In this document: piece after piece, positions 48,379-58,206 of the stretch
Position numbering within the stretch: position 1 is the stretch's first letter
Layout: the number at the start of each line of letters is the position of its first letter
Origin: Myxococcales bacterium
Lineage (GTDB): Bacteria; Myxococcota_A; UBA9042; JABWCM01; BTVJ01
Length of the DNA stretch: 64,000 nt
Reading direction: 5' to 3'
NCBI GenBank assembly: GCA_045863395.1
Contig: BTVJ01000018.1
Coordinates: 32,001-96,000 of the forward strand
Made by a program: the position numbers and the translations under genes
Notes under the pieces: model-generated
Told to the model about the DNA's origin: nothing
The model's database searches: none
The model's input: only the letters and a program-made list of their open reading frames with translations

Positions 48379-50540
48379 GGGCCCTCCAGGCGGTGCCCCG
48401 CCGCCAAGGATCGGTCTCCAGAGACCACCCGGCGGAAGAGGGGCGCTGCGAACCGGCCACCGCTGGCCCCGGGTACGGGGCCGTGGTCGTCACGGCCGAT
48501 CCACACACCCACGACGAGCCCTGGCACGTACCCGACGAACCAGCTGTCGCGCCCGTCGTCGCTGGTCCCCGTCTTCCCCGCAACGTCCATGCCCTCGATG
48601 GCCGCGGCCGTCCCAGTCCCGCCCTGGACGACCGCCCGGAGCATCCGCCCAAGGGACGCAGCGACATCGGAGGGCAGCGCCCGGACCGCGGCTGGGGGTG
48701 ACGGCCAGACGTTCCGCCCCGCCGGGTCGATCACGGCCTCCACCAGCCGTGGCTCGAGCCGCAGCCCGCCGGCCGCCACGGTCCCGTAGGCCTGGGTCAG
48801 CTCCAGGACCGTGACGTCCGAGGAGCCCAGCGCCAGCGTCAGATCCACGCCCAGGGGAGAGCGCACTCCCATACGATGGGCAAGCTCCTTCACCGTCGCG
48901 ACCCCGACTGCACGCAGCAGCGCTACGGCGGCCACGTTGCTCGACCGTGCGAAGGCGTCCGTGACGCCGAGGGTCTCACCGGCCTCTCCGCCGCCGGGCC
49001 ACCAGGTCCCTCCGCGGCCGTCGGACCAGCCTCGCCGGGGCAGCTCGATGTTCCCGTCGGGGCGGATGGCGCCCGCGACCAGGCCTGCCGCGTACACGAA
49101 GAGCTTGAAGGTGGAGCCGGGCTGCCGCCGGGCCTGCACGGCCCGGTTGAAGGGGTGCGTCTCGAAGGACTCCCCGCCGACCAGCGCCCGGACGGCACCG
49201 GTGCGTGGATCCAGCGCGACGACCGCCGCCTGGGGCCCCAGCTCCGGCCACACCCGGTCGCCACCCGCAAGCAGTCGCACCGCCAGCTCGTCGCCTGGTC
49301 GCAGGGACGACGAGCGCCCCGGCGCATAGCGCCGCTCCAGGTCTGCGAGCTCCAGCCGCGCGCGCGACCCGCCCAGATCCAAGTCCGCCGCACCACGCCG
49401 CTGGTCCACGGACCGCACGATGGCCGGCACCACCTGGCCTGGGCGCGCCGGTCGCAGCCGTCGCGCCGCCCGAAGCTCCGCCAGGCGCCCGCTGCCGGCC
49501 CCGTGCTGTGGGCGCGACGCCCAGACGCCGGTCTCCTGGTCGATCCCGCGCAGCCCCTCGGCCACCGCCGCCTCTACGTCCCCTTGGAGGCGCAGGTCCA
49601 GCGTCGTGCGCACCCGGAGCCCTCCCCGCAGGATGGCCCCAGGGCTCAGATGCGTCAGCAGCTCCCGCCGCACCGCGTCCACGAAGTACCCTCCAGAGCT
49701 GGGCAGCGTGGCGCCGGGCGCGGCGGGCAGCGGCGCAGCCATGGCCAGCCGGGCGACGGCAGGCTCCACGAGCCCGTTGGCGATCATCTGCTCCAGCACG
49801 TACCGGCGCCGCCGCCGCGCCGCCTCCGGCGCGACGAAGGGCGACAGGCGCCCCGGCGACTGAACCACGCCGGCGAGCAGGGCCGCCTCGGCCAGATCGA
49901 CTCCCTGCACGTCCTTACCGAAGTAGAAGCGCGCCGCCTCCTGCACCCCCCAGCGGCCGTGCCCGAAGTAGATCTGGTTGAGGTAGAGCGCCAGGATGGC
50001 GTCCTTGGTCAGCTCGCGCTCCAGCTTGATGGCGAGCACGGCCTCCCGCAGCTTGCGCGACAGGGTCTTCTCGGCGCTCAGATAGAAGGTGCGAGCGACC
50101 TGCTGCGTGATGGTGGAGCCCCCCTGGGCCAGTCGCCCCTCCCCCAGGTCTCGAAGCAGCGCGCGGGCGATTCCGAGCGGGTCGAGCCCCCGATGCCGCA
50201 GAAAGTCTGCGTCCTCGGCCGCGATGACCGCCAGGCGCAGGTGTCTCGGCAGGGCCTCCAGGGGAACGACCGTGCGCCGCTCGACGAAGAGCTCGTCGAT
50301 GACGGTCCCGTCCGCATCCAGGACACGGGTGACCTGCGGCACGGACCGGGCGTACTCGTCGAACGTGAACACCGGGGGCAGGCGGGCATCCACCCACAGC
50401 CACGCGCCCCACCCGCCCACGGCCAGCAGCACCGCCAGCGCGAGCCCCCACGCCAGCACCCGCCGCACCACGCGGGCGAAGGTCCAGGGCTTGACGGCCT
50501 GCTGCGCAGACCTGCTTCGCTTGGGTGCCACGGCGCGCAT
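48375..50540 (-). CDS. mrcA: Class A penicillin-binding protein (PBP1A type: transglycosylase, OB-like insert, transpeptidase)
   Basis: AAED..F..H.G, QGGSTITQQ, RKLRE, YLNQIYFG; RQPGSTFK (SxxK), SSN, KTGT. Confidence 0.88.
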   Translation of the reverse strand: MRAVAPKRSRSAQQAVKPWTFARVVRRVLAWGLALAVLLAVGGWGAWLWVDARLPPVFTFDEYARSVPQVTRVLDADGTVIDELFVERRTVVPLEALPRHLRLAVIAAEDADFLRHRGLDPLGIARALLRDLGEGRLAQGGSTITQQVARTFYLSAEKTLSRKLREAVLAIKLERELTKDAILALYLNQIYFGHGRWGVQEAARFYFGKDVQGVDLAEAALLAGVVQSPGRLSPFVAPEAARRRRRYVLEQMIANGLVEPAVARLAMAAPLPAAPGATLPSSGGYFVDAVRRELLTHLSPGAILRGGLRVRTTLDLRLQGDVEAAVAEGLRGIDQETGVWASRPQHGAGSGRLAELRAARRLRPARPGQVVPAIVRSVDQRRGAADLDLGGSRARLELADLERRYAPGRSSSLRPGDELAVRLLAGGDRVWPELGPQAAVVALDPRTGAVRALVGGESFETHPFNRAVQARRQPGSTFKLFVYAAGLVAGAIRPDGNIELPRRGWSDGRGGTWWPGGGEAGETLGVTDAFARSSNVAAVALLRAVGVATVKELAHRMGVRSPLGVDLTLALGSSDVTVLELTQAYGTVAAGGLRLEPRLVEAVIDPAGRNVWPSPPAAVRALPSDVAASLGRMLRAVVQGGTGTAAAIEGMDVAGKTGTSDDGRDSWFVGYVPGLVVGVWIGRDDHGPVPGASGGRFAAPLFRRVVSGDRSLAAGHRLEGP

Positions 50541-50637
50541 GATAGCGCGCACGCTGCCATGCGCCAGAAAGGCGCCGCTCGGGCGGAGTGCAATGCGTTG
50601 AGAAGCCGGACGGGGACTCGGGAGGCAGGGGCGAGGT

Positions 50638-50901
50638 CTACTTTCGCCGGACGACGTCCTCGGCGTTCTCCACCTCGACCACGTCGGACTTGTCGCCGTG
50701 CGCGTCGGGCAGCTCCTTGTTGCGAGGGGTGACGTCCACCTCGTCGCCGTCCTTGGAGCTGCGCTTGAAGTTCCGGATGCCCTTCCCCAGGGCGTCGCCG
50801 ATCTGGGGGAGCTTCCCCGCACCGAAGACGATGAGCACGATCACGAGGATCAGGATGAGCTCCGGGATGCCCAGGTTACCGATGATGGCGAATCCAGTCA
50901 T
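50638..50901 (-). CDS. tatA: Twin-arginine translocase TatA/E subunit
   Basis: [35 protein letters not shown]. Confidence 0.95.
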   Translation of the reverse strand: MTGFAIIGNLGIPELILILVIVLIVFGAGKLPQIGDALGKGIRNFKRSSKDGDEVDVTPRNKELPDAHGDKSDVVEVENAEDVVRRK

Positions 50902-51039
50902 GCTCTCGTGTCTCACCTCGCCGCGCGCCTCCGGCCGGGGAACTCCCACCCAAGGCGCCGCCAGCACGCGTGGGGACCTACATAGCACCGCGGTTGCGCG
51001 CGATCAACCGGCCGCGAAGCCGGAGCCGCCCGTTGCCAC

Positions 51040-52353
51040 CTACTTCTTGAGGCCGCCGAAGCTTTCGATGGCCTTCCCCGCCTTCTCCGCCCGGTCGATG
51101 GTGTCCTCGACCCGCCTCACGCTCCCCTCGGCCTTGCCCTTCACACGCCCTGGGGTGTTCGCGGTCTGCTCGACCTTGCGCGAGTACTTGTCGGGCTCGC
51201 GCAACGCCTCGTCCTGCTTTCGCAGGGCGTCGTCCGCAGACTTCTCCGGGTCCTTCACCTCGTGCAGCGGCGGCACCTTCACGTTGCCCGCGGCGTCGGT
51301 GGTGATCTTGTCGCCCCAGGAGATGATGATGTCGAACTCCGTCTCCCAGTCGATGGGGACCAGCATCGTCCAGGGGTGATTGACCAGCGTCTGGAGGATC
51401 GCCGCAGTGTTGAAGTCCGTCACCGTGCTCTTGTGCCAGATGATCGGGTGCTCCCGCTCGTGCTTGTCGACGCCCGAGTCCTCGACCGTGTACTTCGCCT
51501 TCTTCAGGTACTTCTCGATGCGCTCGACCTCATCCTCGCCGTACTCCCCGATCGAGTTGATCAGCTTGATGCGCGCGTAGCCCGTCAGGCGCTTGAACTC
51601 CGGATCCCCATGCAGCGAGCGCATGTCCGGATCGATGCGCGCCTTGTGCAGCCGGCTGTTCGACTCCTCCGTGTTGAGGTCCTGGAGTCGCTGCAGATAC
51701 TCGATGGCCGTCTTCTCGCGGCTCGTCATGGCGTACATGCACGCCGCGTTGTAGATGGCTCCCTCGAAGCCCGGATCCGCGTCGATGCCCTTCTCGTACT
51801 CCGCGAGCGCCGCGTCGTACTGCCGCTTCTTGGCCAGTGCGTAGCCCTTGTCGTTGAAGGCCCGCGCCGCCTTCGTCTCCTTGGCGGACGCCGGGCGGGG
51901 CACGTACTTCTCACGCCGGGTCGGCGCCACGGTCCGAGCCTCCTCTCGCCTTGCATCCACCGGCGGCCCCACCTTCTCGACGGCGCCCTCCGTCGGCCTG
52001 GCCGATGAGCGCCCCGTGCGCGCCGCGTCCCGCTCACCGCTCGGGCGCTGGTTGAGGCGGCCGAGCGCCGACTCGGCCATGAAGGCACCCTCGTCGTCTC
52101 CGTTCACATAGAGGTAGTTGAACGCCTGGATGGCAACGTGACGCTCCGCCTCTTTGACCGCTTTGGGATCCCGATAGGCCTCCCACAACGCCGCGCACTG
52201 CTTCAGCTCCTCCAGCGGGCTGGCGTCGAACTTCCCGAAGATCCCCATACAGCGCTGCTCGCTGCGCGCCCAGTCGTCGGCGCTGGCCACGGCGGGCGCA
52301 CTCAGGACAGCGCCGACGGCGGCGGCGAACAGCACTCTGTCTCTAGCATTCAC
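51040..52353 (-). CDS. Secreted TPR protein with a LytR_C-like domain
   Basis: Signal peptide; TPRs (YNAACMYA); RIKLINSIG...V...L....YTV...G...DIIISWG; GTG after GGAGGAGG. Confidence 0.75.
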   Translation of the reverse strand: MNARDRVLFAAAVGAVLSAPAVASADDWARSEQRCMGIFGKFDASPLEELKQCAALWEAYRDPKAVKEAERHVAIQAFNYLYVNGDDEGAFMAESALGRLNQRPSGERDAARTGRSSARPTEGAVEKVGPPVDARREEARTVAPTRREKYVPRPASAKETKAARAFNDKGYALAKKRQYDAALAEYEKGIDADPGFEGAIYNAACMYAMTSREKTAIEYLQRLQDLNTEESNSRLHKARIDPDMRSLHGDPEFKRLTGYARIKLINSIGEYGEDEVERIEKYLKKAKYTVEDSGVDKHEREHPIIWHKSTVTDFNTAAILQTLVNHPWTMLVPIDWETEFDIIISWGDKITTDAAGNVKVPPLHEVKDPEKSADDALRKQDEALREPDKYSRKVEQTANTPGRVKGKAEGSVRRVEDTIDRAEKAGKAIESFGGLKK

Positions 52354-52400
52354 GGCGTCCTCCTCCACGGGCCGCGCCGAGCAGGGCGAGGCGCCGCAAG

Positions 52401-52430
52401 ACGATAGCAAACCCCTCCGAAGAGCGTCAA
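52401..52430 (-). promoter_or_regulatory. Putative sigma70 promoter for the TPR gene
   Basis: TTGACG-N18-TATCGT with an extended TG. Confidence 0.5.
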
Positions 52431-52712
52431 CGCGCCGGGGCCCACGCGCGCTTCCCCCAGGCGTGCAGCACCATCGCCGGCGCCGCCACATAGTGACGCA
52501 CGGACCACGCAGAGGTGCTTGCCCGCACCAAACATTCCTGAAGTGAACGCGAGGTCCCCGTGGCCGAGCCGTTGTGCGAGGGCCTGCCGAGGCACCACGC
52601 CGACGGACCGCAAGCCGGGGGGGTGGAGGGGATGGGAGGGGAGGAAGGCGTCTGGGAGGCGATGCAGGGAGGCGATGCGGGGAGCGGCAGCCGGCGGTGA
52701 CTCAGCGAGCCA

Positions 52713-54458
52713 TTAGCCGCCAGCGTTGAACACGAACGGCCACTGCACCACGCACACACCGCCCTCCGGCTTGGCGAACCGCATGCGGCGGATTGCGCGG
52801 AGGACGCAGCCCTCGACGTTCTTGTTGCCCATGGACGAGTCCACCGTCGTCGCGCCGGCCACCTGGCCCTCCAGGTTGATGGTCCAGCGAACGGTGATCT
52901 TGCCACCGAGCTTCGGGTGGAGCTGCAGCTCGCGCTCGTAGCAGGCGCGGATGGCGCCGGCGCGGCGGCGCACCACCGACTGGATGTTGCTCTTCTGGCA
53001 AAAGCCCTGTGACGACCCGGAACCCAGCGAGATGTTGCCCACCTTCTTTGCGGCCTTCTTGCCCAGGTTGGCCGACACGCCCGCGCCGCCGCCCGTGTCG
53101 ATCTTGCCCAGGCCGTGGATGCGGCCGTAGCCGCCGGTCCCGCCGCCGCCCGTGCCGGTCCCCTTGAAGCCCATGCCGCCCGAGCCGTGGCCCATGACGA
53201 ACTCGGACCCGGTGCCGCTCATCGCGATGGCGATCTTGTTGGAGAACCCGCTGGTGTTCGACGACAGGATGTTGGCGATGGCGCCCTTTCCGCCGAGCTT
53301 GTTGGTGGACAGCAGGTCATTGAGGCCGACCTTCTTCGGGTCGATCTTGTCGACCATCTTGCCGTCCTTCTTGGGCACCTTGCTCTCGATCTTGGGGTCG
53401 ATGTCAGGGTCGCCGAACTTGCCCTCCTCACCCTCGGCCTTCTTGCCCGTGGTGTCCTCCTCCTCGCCGAGCTCCAGCTCCTCCTCCTTCTCCTCCTCCT
53501 TCTCAGAGACGGAGACCTCGATCTTCATGTACTTCTTGATGTCGGGGCGCTTCTTGCGGACCGCCTCCTCCTTCCAGACGTACAGGGTGGCGAGGATGAA
53601 GGCGATCTGGACGACCGCCGACAGGAAGGTCGTGGCGAACACGTTCTTGTCGAAGGCCAGCCACGCGCCGCCGACGATGCGCTCCTCCGGCTGGATGAAC
53701 TGGAAGAACAGGCTGAGCTGCCCGAAGTTGACGATGCCCCAGTCGCCGAGCTCCACGTCCACGTAGTTGGCGCCGCTCGCCGCACCCGTGTGCTTCTTGA
53801 CGTAGTCGGCGATGGTCTCGGTGTTGCCGCGGATGGTGACCTTGCCGTCCAGGTCCGAACGCAGGCCCACCTTGTAGTTGCCCTTGCGGTCGCCCTTGAA
53901 GAGCATGAACTTCTTGGGCAGGTGCTCCGCGGGGAGGATGAAGGTGTTGCGAAGGTCCTCGCCGACGGTGACGTTGGAGGGCTCCGTGAGCACACGCTCC
54001 TGGATGATCGTGCCGTTCCAGAGCAGCGCCACCCGCAGGAAGCGCGAGTCCGACCGCCACGCCGGGTTCGAAGCGAAGACGACGAGGGTGCCGAGGATGA
54101 CGGCAGCCGCGCCTGCGGCCACCAGGGTGTAACCGAGGCCGACGATGATCGACTCGCCCTTCGGGAGGGCCAGGATCTCGGCCGAGTCGAAGAAGTAGAC
54201 CATCAGCGCCAGCAGGGTGAGCACCCCGCTGATGGTGTTGGACATGGCCAGCCCGCGCTTGCGGAAGAACAGCGATGCGCCGGAGAAGGCCACCACCAGC
54301 GCGGAGAAGCCGAGCAGCACGAGCCCGAGGTTGAACTCGATGCCCGAGACCGCGATCTCGCTCCACTTGAGGATGAACCATGGAGCCTGGTCGCCTCCCA
54401 GGACTCCCGCGGCCATGACCAGCGCTCCCAGGATGCTCAGAATATTGCCTGTCCTCAT
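52713..54458 (-). CDS. AgmX/PglI (GltG-like) TonB-C-terminal-domain inner-membrane protein
   Basis: LRVALLWNG.II.E, EGEEGKFG, GG.G.KGTGTGGGG, IRACYERELQ..P.L.GK....W.I, CV.......RF..P.GG...V.WPF.F. Confidence 0.82.
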   Translation of the reverse strand: MRTGNILSILGALVMAAGVLGGDQAPWFILKWSEIAVSGIEFNLGLVLLGFSALVVAFSGASLFFRKRGLAMSNTISGVLTLLALMVYFFDSAEILALPKGESIIVGLGYTLVAAGAAAVILGTLVVFASNPAWRSDSRFLRVALLWNGTIIQERVLTEPSNVTVGEDLRNTFILPAEHLPKKFMLFKGDRKGNYKVGLRSDLDGKVTIRGNTETIADYVKKHTGAASGANYVDVELGDWGIVNFGQLSLFFQFIQPEERIVGGAWLAFDKNVFATTFLSAVVQIAFILATLYVWKEEAVRKKRPDIKKYMKIEVSVSEKEEEKEEELELGEEEDTTGKKAEGEEGKFGDPDIDPKIESKVPKKDGKMVDKIDPKKVGLNDLLSTNKLGGKGAIANILSSNTSGFSNKIAIAMSGTGSEFVMGHGSGGMGFKGTGTGGGGTGGYGRIHGLGKIDTGGGAGVSANLGKKAAKKVGNISLGSGSSQGFCQKSNIQSVVRRRAGAIRACYERELQLHPKLGGKITVRWTINLEGQVAGATTVDSSMGNKNVEGCVLRAIRRMRFAKPEGGVCVVQWPFVFNAGG

Positions 54459-54671
54459 CTCATACCCTCAGCTGCTTCAGCGCTCCATCCCTCTCGGGGC
54501 GACGATCCGAGCGCCCAGACCCGGCGCGCCCGGCTCGAACTCTCGAGGGGCCGACCAGCTCCCCGCCCTGCGGGGACCCTGCCAACCTTTCCCTCTCAGT
54601 GGTCGCAGCTCCGGAGTCGCGATGTCGGCGTTGGTTACGATGCCCTGTCAGCACCGGCCAGCAAGGCGCAG

Positions 54672-54701
54672 ACTGTACCAACGCGCCAACCGCTCCGTCA
54701 A
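54672..54701 (-). promoter_or_regulatory. Putative sigma70 promoter of the gltG-like gene (implies a ~200-nt leader)
   Basis: TTGACG-N18-TACAGT. Confidence 0.5.
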
Positions 54702-54895
54702 GCAAGAACTCCGCTGATTTCCTTGGTCCGCGTGCCCTTGCGACCACCCGCCGGCCTGGACCGCCCCGGTCCCGACCAGCCTGCCATGCCCCGCTGAGAC
54801 AGTCCCTTTTCACTCAAGTTCCACGACCCCGCGTTCGAGGGGCAAATTTTTTTCGAGCCGGATCGTGGACCCTGGACGCACCGAGTGCGACGACC

Positions 54896-55633
54896 TTACT
54901 TCACCGCTGCCCCCCCCGCGTCCAGCGCGCGAAGGGTGCGCTCCAGGTCCTTCCTGGCACCCAGCGACTCATAGAGGCGAACGAGGCGGACGCGGACCCG
55001 GCGCGGGAATGCCGAGCCGAGCACGACCTCCTCGAGCTGGGCTGCGGCCAGGGCGGCTTCGCCGGTCATCACATAGACGTCGGCGAGGCGCGTCCGCGCG
55101 ACGAGGTCCCTCGGCGACTCGGCGACGAGCCCCTCCAGCACGCTGCGCGCGGTGGCGAGGTCGCCCGCAGTGATGGACACCTCGGCCAGCCGGCGCCGCG
55201 CCTCCCGCATCCAGGGCGCCAGCTCCATCGCTGCGCGGTAGGCGCCGCGGGCCGCGTCCAGGTCGCCGTGATCCTCGTACAGGATCCCGCGCTGGAGTGG
55301 GATGAGTGGCCCCCTCGGGAACGCCGCCTCGGCCTGGCGCAGGTGCTCGAGCAGCGCCTCGAGCGGGGCCCCGACCAGGCGGCCGCACTTCACGGCGTTG
55401 ACCCTCGCGATCCACCACGTAGGGAGCACCACGGTCGCGTCCTCGAAGGCCCGGCACGCCTTGGCGACGGCTCCGTTCTCCAGATACGCGTCACCCAGCT
55501 CGACCAGCCACTTCGCGCGGACCGTCGGGTCCCGGGTCGCGGGCTCCCGGGGCAGCTCGCGTGCACCGGCACCGACGGCCCCGAGGAGGACCAGCGCGGC
55601 AACGACGACGCGGCGAGCACACTTTGAAACCAT
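54896..55633 (-). CDS. Secreted TPR protein
   Basis: Signal-like N-terminus; LGDAYL..G...A, RGILYE..GD.D.A...YR.A..LAP TPR pattern. Confidence 0.75.
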   Translation of the reverse strand: MVSKCARRVVVAALVLLGAVGAGARELPREPATRDPTVRAKWLVELGDAYLENGAVAKACRAFEDATVVLPTWWIARVNAVKCGRLVGAPLEALLEHLRQAEAAFPRGPLIPLQRGILYEDHGDLDAARGAYRAAMELAPWMREARRRLAEVSITAGDLATARSVLEGLVAESPRDLVARTRLADVYVMTGEAALAAAQLEEVVLGSAFPRRVRVRLVRLYESLGARKDLERTLRALDAGGAAVK

Positions 55634-55710
55634 GATTCCGTCGGGTATATGTGGCTTGGTTCCTGAGCGGGACGAGCACGCTCCTCACACTATATGGCAC
55701 CAGCGGCATT

Positions 55711-56409
55711 ATGCGGCGACCGTCGACCCTGTCAATGCTTCTGCTTGGGCTCGGCGTGGCCTTGGCGCACGGGCCCGCACGCGGCGAGGACGCCCCCTGG
55801 CCTGCGCCGGTCGAGCCGGTGTCGCCCTACTACAACGGCACCTGGCTCTCCATCGTGGCGGGAGGGGGCATCGGCCTGCTCGCCGACGAGGCCCTGGACG
55901 GCCGTATCGGCGGGGGAGTCGAGGTAGGGGGCCGCATGGCCCTGGTGCTCCAGCTCGTCGACCTGGAGCTGATGTACCGCTACGGCCACTACGCTGTAAC
56001 CTCCGATGCAACCGACGTCACCCTCCACCGCCACTCGATCATCGCGGACGTGAAGATCCACCCCCTCTTCCTCATCGTGATGGCCGGCAACCACCTGCTC
56101 GCGGGGCTCTACGTGCAGACGGGGGTCAGCGCCGAGCTGGCCGACGCGCGCGCCCCGTCGGCGGGCGTCGACGAGCTGGTCTCGGGCGCGGGGGTCCACG
56201 TGGGGTGCGGGTTCGATCTCCCTCTGACCCCCCCCAACGCAGGGTCCAGCCTCTGGATCGGGCTCAACTACCGGGCGAACTTCACGACCCTCGACCCGCC
56301 CTCCCCACTCGACGACCTGGACGAGCACCTGTTCGCGATCCAGCTCCACTACCGCCACAACAACCTGCAGTACGGGCACGTGCCGCGGCCACCCGACTTC
56401 GGGTTCTGA
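55711..56409 (+). CDS. Putative outer-membrane beta-barrel protein
   Basis: Signal peptide; about 8 alternating amphipathic strands; aromatic C-terminus (DFGF). Confidence 0.6.
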   Translation: MRRPSTLSMLLLGLGVALAHGPARGEDAPWPAPVEPVSPYYNGTWLSIVAGGGIGLLADEALDGRIGGGVEVGGRMALVLQLVDLELMYRYGHYAVTSDATDVTLHRHSIIADVKIHPLFLIVMAGNHLLAGLYVQTGVSAELADARAPSAGVDELVSGAGVHVGCGFDLPLTPPNAGSSLWIGLNYRANFTTLDPPSPLDDLDEHLFAIQLHYRHNNLQYGHVPRPPDFGF

Positions 56410-56415
56410 CCCCCG

Positions 56416-57462
56416 CTACTCCTTCCAGATGAACTTCCACGGGTGGCGCTTCAGGTCCTTCACCATCTCCTTGACGTCGTCGTAGAGCTCCCGGTCGCCC
56501 ATCAGCGCGCCGACCGTGCCCCGCCCGTCCCGGAGCTGCGCCGAGATGTCCTTGGCGTCGCTCAGGATCCCGTCCACCCGGTCCAGCGTCCCGAGGACCC
56601 GCACCTTCCCCTCCTCGCCGATGGACTTGAAGGTGCTCGCGGTCTCCTTGAAGGTCCCGGCCGTGTCCTTGAAGGTGTCGAGGGTGCTCTGGACCTTGCC
56701 GACGACGGGCTGGATGGCCGAGTTGACGGTGACCGAGATCTTGCGGGCGTTCTCGGCCGTGGCCCGCACGTCCTGGAGCGTCGCCCGCACGTCCGAGCCG
56801 TCGCCGAGGCCTGCCTGCACCGACGCGAGCACCTGGTCCACCTTGTCCGTGGTGGCCGTCAGCCGGTCGACGAAGGCGAGCAGCTTCGGGCGGGCCTCGG
56901 TGACGAGCACCCCCGCGTCCTTGACCGTCGTGTTGACGTTCTGCAGCAGCTCGTGGACGAGGGCCCGGTTGTCCTTGAGCAGCAGGTTGACCTCCGTGAG
57001 GGTCGCCTCCACCTGCTGGCCGATCTTCTCCAGTTGAAACGGCGCCATCCCGACGATGACGAAGCCAGGCTCCACGGACGGGCGCTCCCAGCTCCCCGGG
57101 TCGATCTCCACGTACTTCTCGCCCAGCACGCCCAGCGTCGTGATGTAGGCGCTCGCGTCGTCGTGGACGGCCTCCACCTTGTCCGCCTCGATCTCGAGGC
57201 GCACGCGGACCTGGACCCGGCGGCCGAGCTTCGGGTCCTCGCGGCCGCCCCAGAAGGCGACCTCCTCCACCTTGCCGACCGTGACGCCGCTGATCTTGAC
57301 CGGAGCGCCGGCCTTCAGGTTGACGCTGTTCGGGAAGTCCGCGAAGAGGACCGCGCCCTTCTTCGTGGTGAAGTCCCCGAGCAGGAAGACGAACGCCACG
57401 AAGAGGGCGAGGCACACGATCACTAGCGCCCCGACCTTGACCTCGAGTGCACGCTCCTTCAC
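56416..57462 (-). CDS. mlaD: MCE/MlaD family protein with long helical C-terminus
   Basis: EVKVGA, L..GAPVKISGV.VGKV, GVLGEKYVEI.PG, GTVGAL..D.ELY. Confidence 0.92.
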   Translation of the reverse strand: MKERALEVKVGALVIVCLALFVAFVFLLGDFTTKKGAVLFADFPNSVNLKAGAPVKISGVTVGKVEEVAFWGGREDPKLGRRVQVRVRLEIEADKVEAVHDDASAYITTLGVLGEKYVEIDPGSWERPSVEPGFVIVGMAPFQLEKIGQQVEATLTEVNLLLKDNRALVHELLQNVNTTVKDAGVLVTEARPKLLAFVDRLTATTDKVDQVLASVQAGLGDGSDVRATLQDVRATAENARKISVTVNSAIQPVVGKVQSTLDTFKDTAGTFKETASTFKSIGEEGKVRVLGTLDRVDGILSDAKDISAQLRDGRGTVGALMGDRELYDDVKEMVKDLKRHPWKFIWKE

Positions 57463-58206
57463 CTAGAGCTCCATGGGGCCTTCCGCCCTCCCCTCGATGA
57501 ACTGACGGACGATGGGATCCCGGGTCTCCCGGAACGCCTGTGGGGGGCCATCCAGAAGAATCCTCCCTTGATAGAGCATCGCGATCCGATCCGCAATGCC
57601 GAAGATGCTCCGCAGATCGTGGGACACGACCACCGACGTGACACCCAGATCGTCGGTCAGGGAGCGGATGAGGCGGTCCACATTGGCCGCTGCCAGCGGG
57701 TCGAGGCCCGTGGTCGGCTCGTCGAAGATCACGAACTCCGGGTCCATGGTCAGCGCACGGGCGATGGCCACGCGCTTGCGCAGGCCGTCGCCGATGTCCG
57801 CAGGGAAGCGCTCTGCCATGCGGTCCATCTGCACGTCCCGCAGCCGCGACATGGCGCGCTCCACGGCCTCCCCCCGAGTCAGCTTGTGGTGCTTGCGCAG
57901 CGGGAGGACGACGTTGTCGAGCAAGGACATGGAGTCGAACAGCGTCGAGTGCTGGAAGACCATCGCGCACTTGCGCCGTATCCGGTAGAACTCGCGCTCC
58001 TTCAGGTGGGTCACGTCCTCACCGTCCAGGATCACCCGCCCCGCGTCAGGCCGCAGCAGCCCCACCAGGTGCTTGACCAGCACCGACTTGCCCGCCCCCG
58101 AGATGCCGATGATGAACAGGATCGAGCCCGTGTCGACGCGGAGCGAGACCCCGTCGAGCACGACCTTTGGCCCGAAGCGCTTGTGGATGTCGATGAACTC
58201 GATCAC
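57463..58206 (-). CDS. mlaF: MCE-system ABC ATPase B (degenerate signature DIGDG)
   Basis: GISGAGKS, VFQ..TLFDSM, IGDGLRKRVAIARAL, FDEPTTGLDP, VSHD; GTG start overlaps the mlaE stop. Confidence 0.9.
   Translation of the reverse strand: MIEFIDIHKRFGPKVVLDGVSLRVDTGSILFIIGISGAGKSVLVKHLVGLLRPDAGRVILDGEDVTHLKEREFYRIRRKCAMVFQHSTLFDSMSLLDNVVLPLRKHHKLTRGEAVERAMSRLRDVQMDRMAERFPADIGDGLRKRVAIARALTMDPEFVIFDEPTTGLDPLAAANVDRLIRSLTDDLGVTSVVVSHDLRSIFGIADRIAMLYQGRILLDGPPQAFRETRDPIVRQFIEGRAEGPMEL

Noticed and set aside
52400..52445. c-di-GMP-I riboswitch-like GCAAAC...GAA string
   Set aside because: It is antisense to the downstream gene, lacks the second stem, and is better explained as a minus-strand promoter
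54525..54555. tRNA-like GTTCGAG
   Set aside because: No T-stem pairing or cloverleaf
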